Of a DNA stretch of 64,000 bases, positions 9,776 through 19,488 are shown piece after piece. A program made the translations under genes and the position numbers. The notes under the pieces were generated by a model that was given only the letters and a program-made list of their open reading frames with translations, did not search any database and was not told the origin of the DNA. Source of the stretch: Thermodesulfobacteriota bacterium (GTDB taxonomy: Bacteria; Desulfobacterota; Desulfobacteria; Desulfobacterales; SURF-7); assembly GCA_049320885.1 (NCBI GenBank), contig JBMORA010000031.1, positions 58,245 to 122,244 on the forward strand, written 5' to 3'. Each line of letters opens with the position of its first letter. Position 1 is the stretch's first letter.

Positions 9776-11621
9776 ACCAGGGATCGACATATCCAAAGAA
9801 ACCCGGGAAAACGGCAGCAACTCCCTCTGGCAGGCCTTCGCCGCCACCGCCGTTTTGTTTCTGCTGATCTTGATTTTTTTTCCGGTTCGATATGAAACCA
9901 ACGACGATTTCGCCCTGGTATATGAATTATCTGGGCCTTCCGCAACGCCGGTGAGTTTTGTTCTCAATCCGATCACCAGTCATTTTCTTTTTTACGCCTA
10001 CCGGCTTTTCCCGGGAATCCCCTGGTACGGAACCTGGTTGTACGGTAGTATCTTTTTGGCAATATTTCTGATTATTTCAATTCTTATTCGGATCAGTCAT
10101 CGTTTGGTGCTTCTTTGGATCGGGCCCTTTTTTCTGATTCTTTTGTTTCGGACCATCGCCTTTCCCGGTATCACATCGGCAACCCTGCTGCTGTTGTTCG
10201 CCGTCTTTCTAAACATTCTGGATTGGGGCTTGACTGGGAGATGCCCATTTCCTCGAAAACGGATGCATCAGGCCCTCCTGATGATTGGATTATTCATGGG
10301 ATTCCTGTTGCGGTGGGAATTGGCGACTTACGCTCTTGTATTCCTCGTCCCGGTGCTCATCTGCTGTAAGCCCTCGCGGCAACTCTATTGCCGTTCCGTT
10401 CTTTCCGGAGTCCTTCTCATTCTGTTGCTGTATCCGGTCTTTTTGACTTATCTGAATTCCGGAAACAGACAGCCCTATAATGAATACAGTAAACTGAGGA
10501 AGATCTTTCACGATACGGAAAAAGGATATTACTACGAAGATATCACGCCGGCGGCCCTCGGTAAGGCAGGCTGGTCTTACAATGACTTCGTATTGTTCCG
10601 GAATTGGTGGTTCTTATATGACCACCTTCATTTCAATAAGGAAAAACTGACCGCGTTTTTACAGGAAAACACGCCTCTCCAGAAGAAACCGTTCCTCCGG
10701 CACGCTATAGAAAGGGTAACGGAAGCCTTTGGAAACAGCAAACAGCCAACCATTTTGTTCCTGTTGTCGGCAATGCTGCTTTTTCTATTTCGGATATTGT
10801 ATCCGCCGGGTGCAATGAAACAGGACTTTCTGAAACGGTCAATATCGATTTCCATGACGACGGCCGGTGTTTTATTTTTTGCGTATTACCGCTTTGAACC
10901 CCGCATTTATTTCCCCCTGTATGCCTATTTGCTCGGCATGATGGCGATCCTGCTGTATCATGACTGCCCCGGGATGCCAGCGCGTATATCGGTCTTTCAC
11001 AAAATGATATGGTGCGCCGTCATACCGTTTTCCATTGGAACTATTGGCTTGGTCTACATCATCGGCGACATCCAGTTGCAGGATCTATCCGCGTCTTACA
11101 GGAACAAACAATTTATCCGCCATCAGTTCGAAAAAGTTGATCCAAACCTGATCAACAAGGATAGTGCTCTCTTAATCGTATTGAACCCCCTGGATAATAT
11201 AATGATTGAGACCATCCACCCCCTTAAGGAAAAAAAGGATTATCCCGATTTTACAATATTGCCCTTCGGCTGGCAGATTAACTCACCTCAATATGTCCGT
11301 CTGCTGGAGGAGTTCGGCGTTTTCGACAAGGATTCCTTTTTACGCTGGACCTTGGACAACCGGAATGTTTTCTGGTTTCAGCTTTTCCGGGATTCGATAG
11401 ACGACCATCGGATCAGCCTGATAGAGAAGTATATCGGACGGTATGCCGCTAATGGGAAACCATGTGTTTTCCAGCCTGTTGTTGATTGCAGAAACCAGGA
11501 TGGAATCGGTTTTGTTTTTTTTAACCTGGTGTGCAACAATATAAAGCAAAGTCTTTTAAATTACATGGACACCGGGATAGAAGCGGTGCTTCCATGTGAG
11601 GACAACAGGTATGATCGCTGA
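9759..11621 (+). CDS. Polytopic membrane protein, putative GT-C (GtrC-like) transferase
   Basis: Many TM segments, acidic loop YETNDD after first TM, soluble C-terminal domain; directly after gtrB-gtrA. Confidence 0.6.
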   Translation: MRFRIKPGIDISKETRENGSNSLWQAFAATAVLFLLILIFFPVRYETNDDFALVYELSGPSATPVSFVLNPITSHFLFYAYRLFPGIPWYGTWLYGSIFLAIFLIISILIRISHRLVLLWIGPFFLILLFRTIAFPGITSATLLLLFAVFLNILDWGLTGRCPFPRKRMHQALLMIGLFMGFLLRWELATYALVFLVPVLICCKPSRQLYCRSVLSGVLLILLLYPVFLTYLNSGNRQPYNEYSKLRKIFHDTEKGYYYEDITPAALGKAGWSYNDFVLFRNWWFLYDHLHFNKEKLTAFLQENTPLQKKPFLRHAIERVTEAFGNSKQPTILFLLSAMLLFLFRILYPPGAMKQDFLKRSISISMTTAGVLFFAYYRFEPRIYFPLYAYLLGMMAILLYHDCPGMPARISVFHKMIWCAVIPFSIGTIGLVYIIGDIQLQDLSASYRNKQFIRHQFEKVDPNLINKDSALLIVLNPLDNIMIETIHPLKEKKDYPDFTILPFGWQINSPQYVRLLEEFGVFDKDSFLRWTLDNRNVFWFQLFRDSIDDHRISLIEKYIGRYAANGKPCVFQPVVDCRNQDGIGFVFFNLVCNNIKQSLLNYMDTGIEAVLPCEDNRYDR

Positions 11622-13269
11622 TAATCTCTCTTCAACTAGCGGGCGGGCCAGAAAAAGCCGAATTTTGCTGCCATCGGTTCTTTTGGTTTTTTTGACCCTG
11701 ATGGTTTACTGGCAAGTGAAGGATTTCGAATTTATCAATTATGATGATCCCACCTTCACGACTCAAAATTACCTTGTACAAAAGGGATTCACCGTAAAAG
11801 GCATCCGGGAGATCTTCTCCAACCCCGATTATTTTTGCATGCAGCTGAGTTTTTTGTCCCATATGCTGGATTGCCAGCTGTTCGGCCTGCAAGCCGGTTA
11901 CCATCACCTTACCAACCTTTTCTGGCATATCGCGAGCGCCGTTCTGTTGTTTTTATTCCTCCGCCACATGACGGGTGCCATGTGGAAAAGCCTTGCCGTG
12001 GCCATGCTGTTCGCCATCCACCCGGTCCATGTTGAATCCGTGGCCTGGATTGCTGAACGGCGGAATGTCCTGAGTACTTTTTTTTGGTTCGCGGCTCTGC
12101 TGGCCTACTGGCGTTACGCCCGTCAACCCGGGTTTCTTTCCTATCTGGCAGTGACGGTTCTGTTTACTTTGGGTTTGACTGCCAAGTCGATGCTGGTGAC
12201 ACTTCCTTTTCAACTTCTCTTGCTGGACTTCTGGCCCCTGGAAAGAATACATTTCAAATCGCAAAATTCAAATGTTAAATCTTTCCTCTCATGGGTTATG
12301 ATAGAGAAAATCCCCCTGTTCGCCATCTCGGCTCTCGCATGTTACCTTACCCTAATTTCCGCACGAAATCAGGGAGGGGTTAAAGGAATCGGCGGGCTGG
12401 TATCCTTTGAAGCCATTCCACTTTTTTCGCGCATGGCAAACGCTGCCATTGCCTATATCAACTACATGATTCATTTGGTTTTTCCTTTTGATCTGTCGGT
12501 TTATTATCCTTACCCGAATTCAATCCCTCTTTGGCAGGTTACCGGCGCATCTCTGCTGCTGATTTCCATGCTGATCGTTATCTTACGGTATGCTGTTCGT
12601 CTGCCCTGGTTGGTGACTGGCTGGTTCTGGTTCATGGGGACTCTGGTGCCTGTAATCGGTCTGGTTCAGCTCGGAGGCCAGGCCATGGCCGACAGATATA
12701 TTTACGTACCGAGTATAGGAATTTTTATCATCCTGGTCTGGGGAACAGCGACGATTTTCACGAAAACCGGTATCCGGCGGAAAACCACCGCATTATTGGC
12801 GGTCTTTTTTTTCACTATCTTGGCATCCAATACCTGGATGCAGCTGCAATATTGGAAAAACAGTCTGACACTATTCGAACGCACGGTGCGCATAACGCCG
12901 GACTACCCCGTGGCATACAACAACCTCGGAATGGCCCTGGCCAACGCCGGCCGACTGGAAGAGGCAAGCGACAATATCCAAAAAGCCATACAACTGATGC
13001 CGGTATTTGCGGAAGCATACAACAATTTAGGCAACATTCTCAGCACCCAAGGGAATATCGATGAGGCTGTCGAGAATTATCGCAAAGCCCTGGCGCTGAA
13101 CCCGGACTACTCCGAAGCGCATAATAACTTGGGAATCGCCTACTATACGAAACAGTTGACGGAAGAAGCCATATTCCATTTTCAACAGGCATTGCGTCTG
13201 TCGCCGGATTATCCGGATGCGCGCCACAATTTGGAAATCGTACTTAAAAAACGCTTAACCGGGAAATAA
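11611..13269 (+). CDS. TMTC-like GT-C membrane glycosyltransferase with C-terminal TPRs (paralog 1)
   Basis: NYDDP, HPVHVESVAWIAERRNVLS, LLLDFWPL, MADRY.Y.P, followed by TPRs (YNNLG). Confidence 0.85.
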   Translation: MIADNLSSTSGRARKSRILLPSVLLVFLTLMVYWQVKDFEFINYDDPTFTTQNYLVQKGFTVKGIREIFSNPDYFCMQLSFLSHMLDCQLFGLQAGYHHLTNLFWHIASAVLLFLFLRHMTGAMWKSLAVAMLFAIHPVHVESVAWIAERRNVLSTFFWFAALLAYWRYARQPGFLSYLAVTVLFTLGLTAKSMLVTLPFQLLLLDFWPLERIHFKSQNSNVKSFLSWVMIEKIPLFAISALACYLTLISARNQGGVKGIGGLVSFEAIPLFSRMANAAIAYINYMIHLVFPFDLSVYYPYPNSIPLWQVTGASLLLISMLIVILRYAVRLPWLVTGWFWFMGTLVPVIGLVQLGGQAMADRYIYVPSIGIFIILVWGTATIFTKTGIRRKTTALLAVFFFTILASNTWMQLQYWKNSLTLFERTVRITPDYPVAYNNLGMALANAGRLEEASDNIQKAIQLMPVFAEAYNNLGNILSTQGNIDEAVENYRKALALNPDYSEAHNNLGIAYYTKQLTEEAIFHFQQALRLSPDYPDARHNLEIVLKKRLTGK

Positions 13270-13282
13270 CCGTCTATACTCC

Positions 13283-15055
13283 ATGAATCAAATCTTTCGC
13301 GATTCCAATTCCCTCATTCGAAGACCCGGAACCTGGATATATGCCCTGCTGGTTTTACTTACCCTGATGCCCTACTGGCCGGTGACCGATAATCAATTTA
13401 TCAATTTCGATGACAATCAGTATGTTTATGAGAATGATCAGGTTATCAACGGCCTGAGCTTTCAGAACGTGATCTGGGCCTTTTCATCCACGGTGGCGGC
13501 AAACTGGCATCCGATGACTATGCTTTCCCACATGCTGGATGTTCATCTGTATGGACTAAATCCCGGCGGGCATCATTTCACCAGCTTGTTGCTTCATATT
13601 CTGAATACGCTACTCCTGTATCTTCTGTTGAATCGGCTCTCCAGCGAGCCATGGCCATCCCTGTTTGTCGCCATTCTTTTCGCCGTTCATCCTCTCCATG
13701 TGGAGTCCGTTGCCTGGGTCGCCGAACGTAAAGACGTCCTAAGCACTTTTTTCTGGTTTCTGACTGTCCTGAGTTATCTCCGCTTTTTGGAACATAAGAC
13801 CTTCATAAACTATCTGATGGCTCTAACCTTTTTCTCCCTGGGCCTGATGGCCAAACCCATGTTGGTCACCCTACCTTTTTCATTGCTGCTGATGGATTTT
13901 TGGCCGCTGGGGAGAATCGGACGTAAAACGAAAAGCGTCGCCCTCCAGGCAGACACAAAGACAGCAACGGAAAAAAACTGGAATTCGGGATTTCCCGTTT
14001 ATATCATATTGGAAAAAATACCATTTTTGATCATTGTGGCGGTTTTCTGCGTCATCGTTTTCAAAGTCCAGCAGATCGAAGGCGCGGTCGCTCCGCGGGA
14101 TATCATCCCGCTAGAATCCAGGCTGCTGAACGCGCTGATATCCTATTGCCGCTATCTGGTCAAAACGGCCTGGCCGTTTCAACTTTCCGTTTTTTATCCA
14201 TTTCCCCAGGTCATTTCCTTATGGCTACCGGTGTCTGCGGGGTTCGCATTGTTTTGTTTCTCTCTCTTTGCGCTGTTTCAATCCAGCAAAAGGCCTTGGT
14301 TGTTTTTCGGCTGGTTCTGGTACGTTGGAACACTGGTGCCGGTTATCGGCATCATCCAGGTCGGGGCTCAGTCCATGGCGGATCGGTACACGTACATTCC
14401 CTTGATTGGAATTTTTATCGCCATGGCATGGGAAATAGCTGAATGGGTGAAAAAACATCAGTTCCGAAAGAAGTTCTTGTTACCGACCGGCTCGATTCTG
14501 GTCGCCGCATTTTCCATCCTCACCTGGGTTCAGGTCCATCACTGGCGTGACAGCATCACGCTGTATGAACATGTTCTGAGAATCAACGATGACAATAGTG
14601 TGATCCAAAACACCATGGGGCTGGCCAAACTGGATCGCAACCGAGTCCAGGAGGCCATTCAGCATTTTTCGAAAGCCATCTGGTTGAAACCGGACAATGG
14701 AAAGCCGTATAACAATCTCGGCATCGCCCTTGTCCAGAACAATCAGCTTGCTCTGGCCGAGCAGGCCTTCCGGAATGCAATCGAATTAATGCCCGGCTTT
14801 GCCGATGCCCATGTCAATATGGGGATTGTAAAATTGCGACAAGGGGATACTCGTAACGCCATAGCTCATTTTTCCCAGGCGCTTGCACTGAACCCTATCC
14901 ATGCAAAAGCACATTTCAGCATGGCGCTGGCCTATGAAAAAGAAAATCGTGTTGACAGGGCGATCTCCCACTATGAGACCGCCATAAAGACGGAACCGAA
15001 ACTTGCCGCAATGGCATTGAATCGAATCCGTCAGTTGCGTAAATTCGGTGAATAA
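13283..15055 (+). CDS. TMTC-like GT-C membrane glycosyltransferase with C-terminal TPRs (paralog 2)
   Basis: NFDDN, NWHPMT, HPLHVESVAWVAERKDVLS, KPMLVTLP, MADRYTYIP, TPRs. Confidence 0.85.
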   Translation: MNQIFRDSNSLIRRPGTWIYALLVLLTLMPYWPVTDNQFINFDDNQYVYENDQVINGLSFQNVIWAFSSTVAANWHPMTMLSHMLDVHLYGLNPGGHHFTSLLLHILNTLLLYLLLNRLSSEPWPSLFVAILFAVHPLHVESVAWVAERKDVLSTFFWFLTVLSYLRFLEHKTFINYLMALTFFSLGLMAKPMLVTLPFSLLLMDFWPLGRIGRKTKSVALQADTKTATEKNWNSGFPVYIILEKIPFLIIVAVFCVIVFKVQQIEGAVAPRDIIPLESRLLNALISYCRYLVKTAWPFQLSVFYPFPQVISLWLPVSAGFALFCFSLFALFQSSKRPWLFFGWFWYVGTLVPVIGIIQVGAQSMADRYTYIPLIGIFIAMAWEIAEWVKKHQFRKKFLLPTGSILVAAFSILTWVQVHHWRDSITLYEHVLRINDDNSVIQNTMGLAKLDRNRVQEAIQHFSKAIWLKPDNGKPYNNLGIALVQNNQLALAEQAFRNAIELMPGFADAHVNMGIVKLRQGDTRNAIAHFSQALALNPIHAKAHFSMALAYEKENRVDRAISHYETAIKTEPKLAAMALNRIRQLRKFGE

Positions 15056-15261
15056 GCATCGGAAGAAAAACGGTTGAATAATTAGTCGGTTATTATTATA
15101 ATCAACAGGTTTGTTTTCGGCACAAGACAAATAGCGCCACTGATGGCATAATTTCCTTTCTGTTTATGATTTAGGACATTGGGATATAAGTGGATGGACA
15201 AGACAGAAAAAACAGTACCGCTTGGTGGAAATCTTAAAAGACACGACTAAAGGAGGAAAGA

Positions 15262-16326
15262 ATGAAAAAGTCTTACGCCGGTCTGCTTGTCATGATAGTT
15301 CTTCCCCTGATGATGAGCTGCGCAAAAGATCCGAAAATTGAATGGAACGAACTGAACAATCAGGTGGCAAGTCTTTATCAGGCCGGCAAATACGATGAGG
15401 CCATCCAGATCGGGAAAAAAGCCATCGAAGTTGCGGAGAAAGCATTTGATCCCGCGCATCCCAATGTGGCCAAAACCCTGTACAATGTTGCCGGATGCTA
15501 TTACATTCAAAACAAATTGGACGAAGCGGAACCGCTTTTTGCAAGGGCTCTGAGAATAAAAATCAAAGCCTTCGGCCCCATGCATCCGGAAGTAGCCGAC
15601 CTGCTCAATCTCCTGGGGAACATCTATTCCCTGCAGGATAAAAACCATCAGGCGGAAGCCGTTTACCGGGATGCTTTATCCATCAGCCTCCAGGTATACG
15701 GTAACAAAGACCCCAAGGTAGCCACCATATTCAGCAACCTGGCGGCTGTTTATTTTTCCCAGGGCAAATTTGCAAAAGCGGACAAATATTACAATACCGC
15801 GCTTCAAATCACGCCCGGAGAACAAAATCTGTTGAAAAACAAAGCCGAGCTGGACAAAACCAGACCCCAGATCGACACCATTCTTCAGCAGCAAATTGAA
15901 AAAGTTCAACAAAAACCTGACGATCCTTACCTGCAGTGGAAATTGGGCAACCTGCACTCGGAAAAAAATGACTTGGACAAGGCCATCGAGCACTATAAAA
16001 AAGCAGTTTCCATAAAACAGGATTATGTGGAAGCGATGCTGGATCTGGCTGACATTTACGAATATCAGAAAAATTTTGAACCGGCGCTTGAAATGGTGCA
16101 GAACGCCTTGAAGCTGCAACCGGAGAGAAATGACCTTATGTATCAGTGCGCCGCATTGTTTGCCCAGAAAGCGGATACCAAATCAGCTGTTGAATGGCTG
16201 GGGAAAGCAGTTCAAAAAGGCTATCGGAATCTATCACGGATAAAAACCGACAATCGACTGGCGAGCATCCGGGAGACCGAAGAATACAAAAAAATTATCA
16301 CCCCTCCGGCAGCTAAGCAGGAATGA
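15262..16326 (+). CDS. TPR lipoprotein
   Basis: AGGAGG RBS, signal peptide with lipobox LMMSC, kinesin-light-chain-type TPRs (HPNVAKTLYN, HPEVADLLN), terminal TPR cap. Confidence 0.85.
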   Translation: MKKSYAGLLVMIVLPLMMSCAKDPKIEWNELNNQVASLYQAGKYDEAIQIGKKAIEVAEKAFDPAHPNVAKTLYNVAGCYYIQNKLDEAEPLFARALRIKIKAFGPMHPEVADLLNLLGNIYSLQDKNHQAEAVYRDALSISLQVYGNKDPKVATIFSNLAAVYFSQGKFAKADKYYNTALQITPGEQNLLKNKAELDKTRPQIDTILQQQIEKVQQKPDDPYLQWKLGNLHSEKNDLDKAIEHYKKAVSIKQDYVEAMLDLADIYEYQKNFEPALEMVQNALKLQPERNDLMYQCAALFAQKADTKSAVEWLGKAVQKGYRNLSRIKTDNRLASIRETEEYKKIITPPAAKQE

Positions 16327-16530
16327 GAATGGGAATTCCAGGGATGGTTTTCGGCAGTCAAAGCGCTGCAATCGAACCGTGATATGCATTCGGCTGGAAA
16401 CCATCCCGGCTTTCGAGTATGAGAATATCGGACCCGGATTTTACTTTTTTATCCCGGGACGAATGAAACATATCAACCGAAGCAAAACGCTTTCCGATTC
16501 AACCAGACAAGGACAATCATTCGAAGAACA

Positions 16531-18588
16531 GTGAATATCGTCAAACACCAAACGACAGGATTGATCTGTGTCGCCCTTTTGATAGTTACCATTGCTGCAT
16601 ATGCCCAAGTGATGGGATTCGATTTCGTCGGTTTTGACGATCCGGCCTTCACCACCGAAAATCCCCTCATTCAAAAAGGCATAAGCCGGGAAGGGATCAG
16701 AGAGGTTTTCCGCAATCCGGACTACTTCTGCATGCAGTTGTCGGTATTATCCCATATGCTGGACTGCGAGCTGTTCGGGCTCGATCCCGGCAGGCACCAT
16801 TTTGTCAACCTGATTTTTCATCTTCTCAATGTGTTGCTGTTGTTTATTTTAATGAAACGCCTTGGCGGAGATATTCTGCCAAGCGCTGCTGTTGCGGCCC
16901 TGTTTGCCGTCCACCCGCTGAATGTGGAATCCGTGGCATGGATCGCCGAACGACGGAATGTGCTCAGCACTTTTTTCTGGTTCGCCGCCACACTTGCCTA
17001 TATCCGTTATACCGAACGACGCAGCCTGACATCCTATATCCTCATGACCGTTTTTTTTGTTTTCGGTCTCATGTCCAAAGCCATGCTGGTGACCCTGCCC
17101 TTTACATTATTGCTGCTGGATTTCTGGCCGTTAGAAAGGATCCAGCTAAACGGGGCGAGCTCAAAGCCGGAAGCAAAAATCTCAAATCTCAAATCTCAAA
17201 TCTCAAATTCCTATGGAATCGCCGTTTTAGAAAAGCTTCCGCTGATGATTATCTCGGTTGCGGCCAGTTACCTGACGTTGATCGCCGCACAAAACACCGG
17301 CGGCGCACCCGGGATTGGAGGTCTCATGTCGGCGGAGGAACTGCCCATCGGTTTCCGATTCGCCAATGCGATGGTTTCCTATTCAGCCTATCTCGTCAAA
17401 ACCGTCTGGCCCTTCGATTTGTCCTTGAACTATCCCCTGAATAAAAACCTGTCGTTATGGCAGATTCTGCCGGCCGCGGCTTTTCTGGTAGCGGTCACCG
17501 GGATCTCCTTTTGGACCATTCGCACCAGACCATGGCTTGCGGTGGGCTGGCTCTGGTATCTCGGCACCCTCACCCCGGTGATTGGCATTATTCAGCTTGG
17601 CCATCAGGCCATGGCGGATCGGTATGTTTATGTGCCGCTCATCGGAATTTTCATAATGGTCTCATGGACGGTCGCCGACTGGAATCGAATGCGTCCATTC
17701 CGGGGGAAAACCGTAATGGTTTGGGCCATGCTGCTGATCGCTCTCATGACGGTCAACACCATCCTCCAAAACCGATATTGGCGGAATACGGTGACCTTGT
17801 TCGAACATGTCATCCATATTTCCCCAACGTATACACTGGCCTATTATAATCTCGGGGTTGCCCTTCGGAAAATGGGGCGATCGGCGGAGGCCTTTCATTA
17901 TTTTTCAAAAGCAACCGCCATGGCGCCCGATTTTGCAGAAGCCAATTTTTTCATGGCCCTCTTTTTCACTGAATCGAATCAGCCCGACAAAGCCATCGCT
18001 TATTATCATAAAGCGCTTTCCCGAAAACCGGAACTTACCGAAGCCCGGTTCAATCTGGCTCGTCTTTTTACAAAACTCAGCCAATGGGAAGAAGCGGAGA
18101 ATCAGTACCGGAAAATTCTGACGACCAAACCCAACGACCCGGATACCCTGCATGCCCTGGGCAATCTGTTCGAGCGGCAAAATCAACCAGAAATAGCCGC
18201 ACAATATTACCGGAAAGCCATTCAAGGAAAGCCCGATTCCGCCATGTTCCATCAAAGTCTGGGCGCGTCCTTTGAAAAAATGGGAAATTTCGCGGAAGCT
18301 TCCCGGCAATACACCGAGGCCATCCGGATCGATCCGGGCAATACCAATTTATATAACCAGATGGCCATTCTGATGTTCAAACAAGGCAAGATGGAGGAGG
18401 CGTTCCGTTATTTTCACCGTGCCCTCACCATCAACCCGAAGGATGCGAACACTTATTATAACATGGCGGTTTCTTATTCCAAACTCAACCGTATTGAAGA
18501 GGCGATCCAACATTATACCAAAGTGATCGAAATCGACGAATCGTTTGCCGACGCCAGGAAAAAACGGGATATGCTGTTGAACAATTAA
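16531..18588 (+). CDS. TMTC-like GT-C membrane glycosyltransferase with extended TPR array (paralog 3)
   Basis: GFDDP, HPLNVESVAWIAERRNVLS, MADRYVYVP, about 7 TPRs. Confidence 0.85.
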   Translation: MNIVKHQTTGLICVALLIVTIAAYAQVMGFDFVGFDDPAFTTENPLIQKGISREGIREVFRNPDYFCMQLSVLSHMLDCELFGLDPGRHHFVNLIFHLLNVLLLFILMKRLGGDILPSAAVAALFAVHPLNVESVAWIAERRNVLSTFFWFAATLAYIRYTERRSLTSYILMTVFFVFGLMSKAMLVTLPFTLLLLDFWPLERIQLNGASSKPEAKISNLKSQISNSYGIAVLEKLPLMIISVAASYLTLIAAQNTGGAPGIGGLMSAEELPIGFRFANAMVSYSAYLVKTVWPFDLSLNYPLNKNLSLWQILPAAAFLVAVTGISFWTIRTRPWLAVGWLWYLGTLTPVIGIIQLGHQAMADRYVYVPLIGIFIMVSWTVADWNRMRPFRGKTVMVWAMLLIALMTVNTILQNRYWRNTVTLFEHVIHISPTYTLAYYNLGVALRKMGRSAEAFHYFSKATAMAPDFAEANFFMALFFTESNQPDKAIAYYHKALSRKPELTEARFNLARLFTKLSQWEEAENQYRKILTTKPNDPDTLHALGNLFERQNQPEIAAQYYRKAIQGKPDSAMFHQSLGASFEKMGNFAEASRQYTEAIRIDPGNTNLYNQMAILMFKQGKMEEAFRYFHRALTINPKDANTYYNMAVSYSKLNRIEEAIQHYTKVIEIDESFADARKKRDMLLNN
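17177..17210 (+). repeat. Heptamer tandem repeat (AAATCTC)x4 inside TMTC paralog 3
   Basis: aaatctc aaatctc aaatctc aaatctc aaattc read directly. Confidence 0.9.
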
Positions 18589-18676
18589 AATCAGTTTGCA
18601 AATTTGGGATGGAAACAGTGTATACAGGCGGCAGATGGTTTACGGCTCCGCCACCCTCTGAAAGGACTGATCGCGA

Positions 18677-19462
18677 ATGTATAAAAACCAGAAAGTAGTC
18701 GTCGTCATGCCGGCATATAACGCTGAATTGACCCTGGGTCGAACATATGATGAGGTAATGGCCCAGGAGATTGTCGACCTGGTGATTATCGTTGATGACA
18801 ACAGCCGGGACAGAACAGTGGAAATCGCCCGGCAACTCCCCAACGCCATCGTTCATCAACATCCGGTAAACACGGGATACGGCGGAAATCAAAAAACCTG
18901 TTATCGATTAGCTCTGGAACAAAGCGGCGACATCATCATCATGGTTCACCCCGATTATCAATATACACCCAAATTGATTCCCGCCATGGCGTCCATGATA
19001 GGCAACGGTCTGTATCACTGTGTTCTCGGTTCCAGAATTTTAGGCGGCTATGCCCTTAAAGGCGGGATGCCTATATGGAAATACGTTTCCAACCGTTTCC
19101 TGACACTTGTCGGAAATCTGCTGCTGGGCGCCAAGCTTTCGGAATACCACACCGGGTATCGGGCTTTTTCCCGAAGCCTTCTCGAGAATCTGCCATTGGA
19201 GAAAAATTCGGACGATTTTGTTTTCGACAACCAGATGTTGGCGCAAATCGTCTGGCAGGGATACATGATCGCAGAAATCAGTTGTCCAACGAAATATTTC
19301 CCGGAAGCCTCTTCCATCAATCTGATCAGAAGCATTCAATACGGTTTCGGTTGTCTCAGCACAGCCATCTCATTCCGTCTCGCCAAATCGAGCCTTGCCC
19401 ATTCGGGACTGTTCCCGCAAGCACTTTCTGGCCGCTATCCGACCATGGACAAAACGATGTGA
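18677..19462 (+). CDS. GT2 glycosyltransferase, Dpm1/polyprenol-phosphate-sugar synthase-like
   Basis: VVVMPAYNAE, VDDNSRD, GYGGNQKT, HPDYQY, GSR, HTGYRAF; no TM tail. Confidence 0.88.
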   Translation: MYKNQKVVVVMPAYNAELTLGRTYDEVMAQEIVDLVIIVDDNSRDRTVEIARQLPNAIVHQHPVNTGYGGNQKTCYRLALEQSGDIIIMVHPDYQYTPKLIPAMASMIGNGLYHCVLGSRILGGYALKGGMPIWKYVSNRFLTLVGNLLLGAKLSEYHTGYRAFSRSLLENLPLEKNSDDFVFDNQMLAQIVWQGYMIAEISCPTKYFPEASSINLIRSIQYGFGCLSTAISFRLAKSSLAHSGLFPQALSGRYPTMDKTM

Positions 19463-19488
19463 CCTGTTATGCAAAACAGCTGCTTCTG

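Noticed and set aside
19075..19488. N-terminal extension of the 783-aa ORF as a GT2-TMTC fusion or frameshift
   Set aside because: It overlaps the intact GT2 in another frame; TMTC homology starts near 19489 and a GTGA-type coupled start exists at 19459
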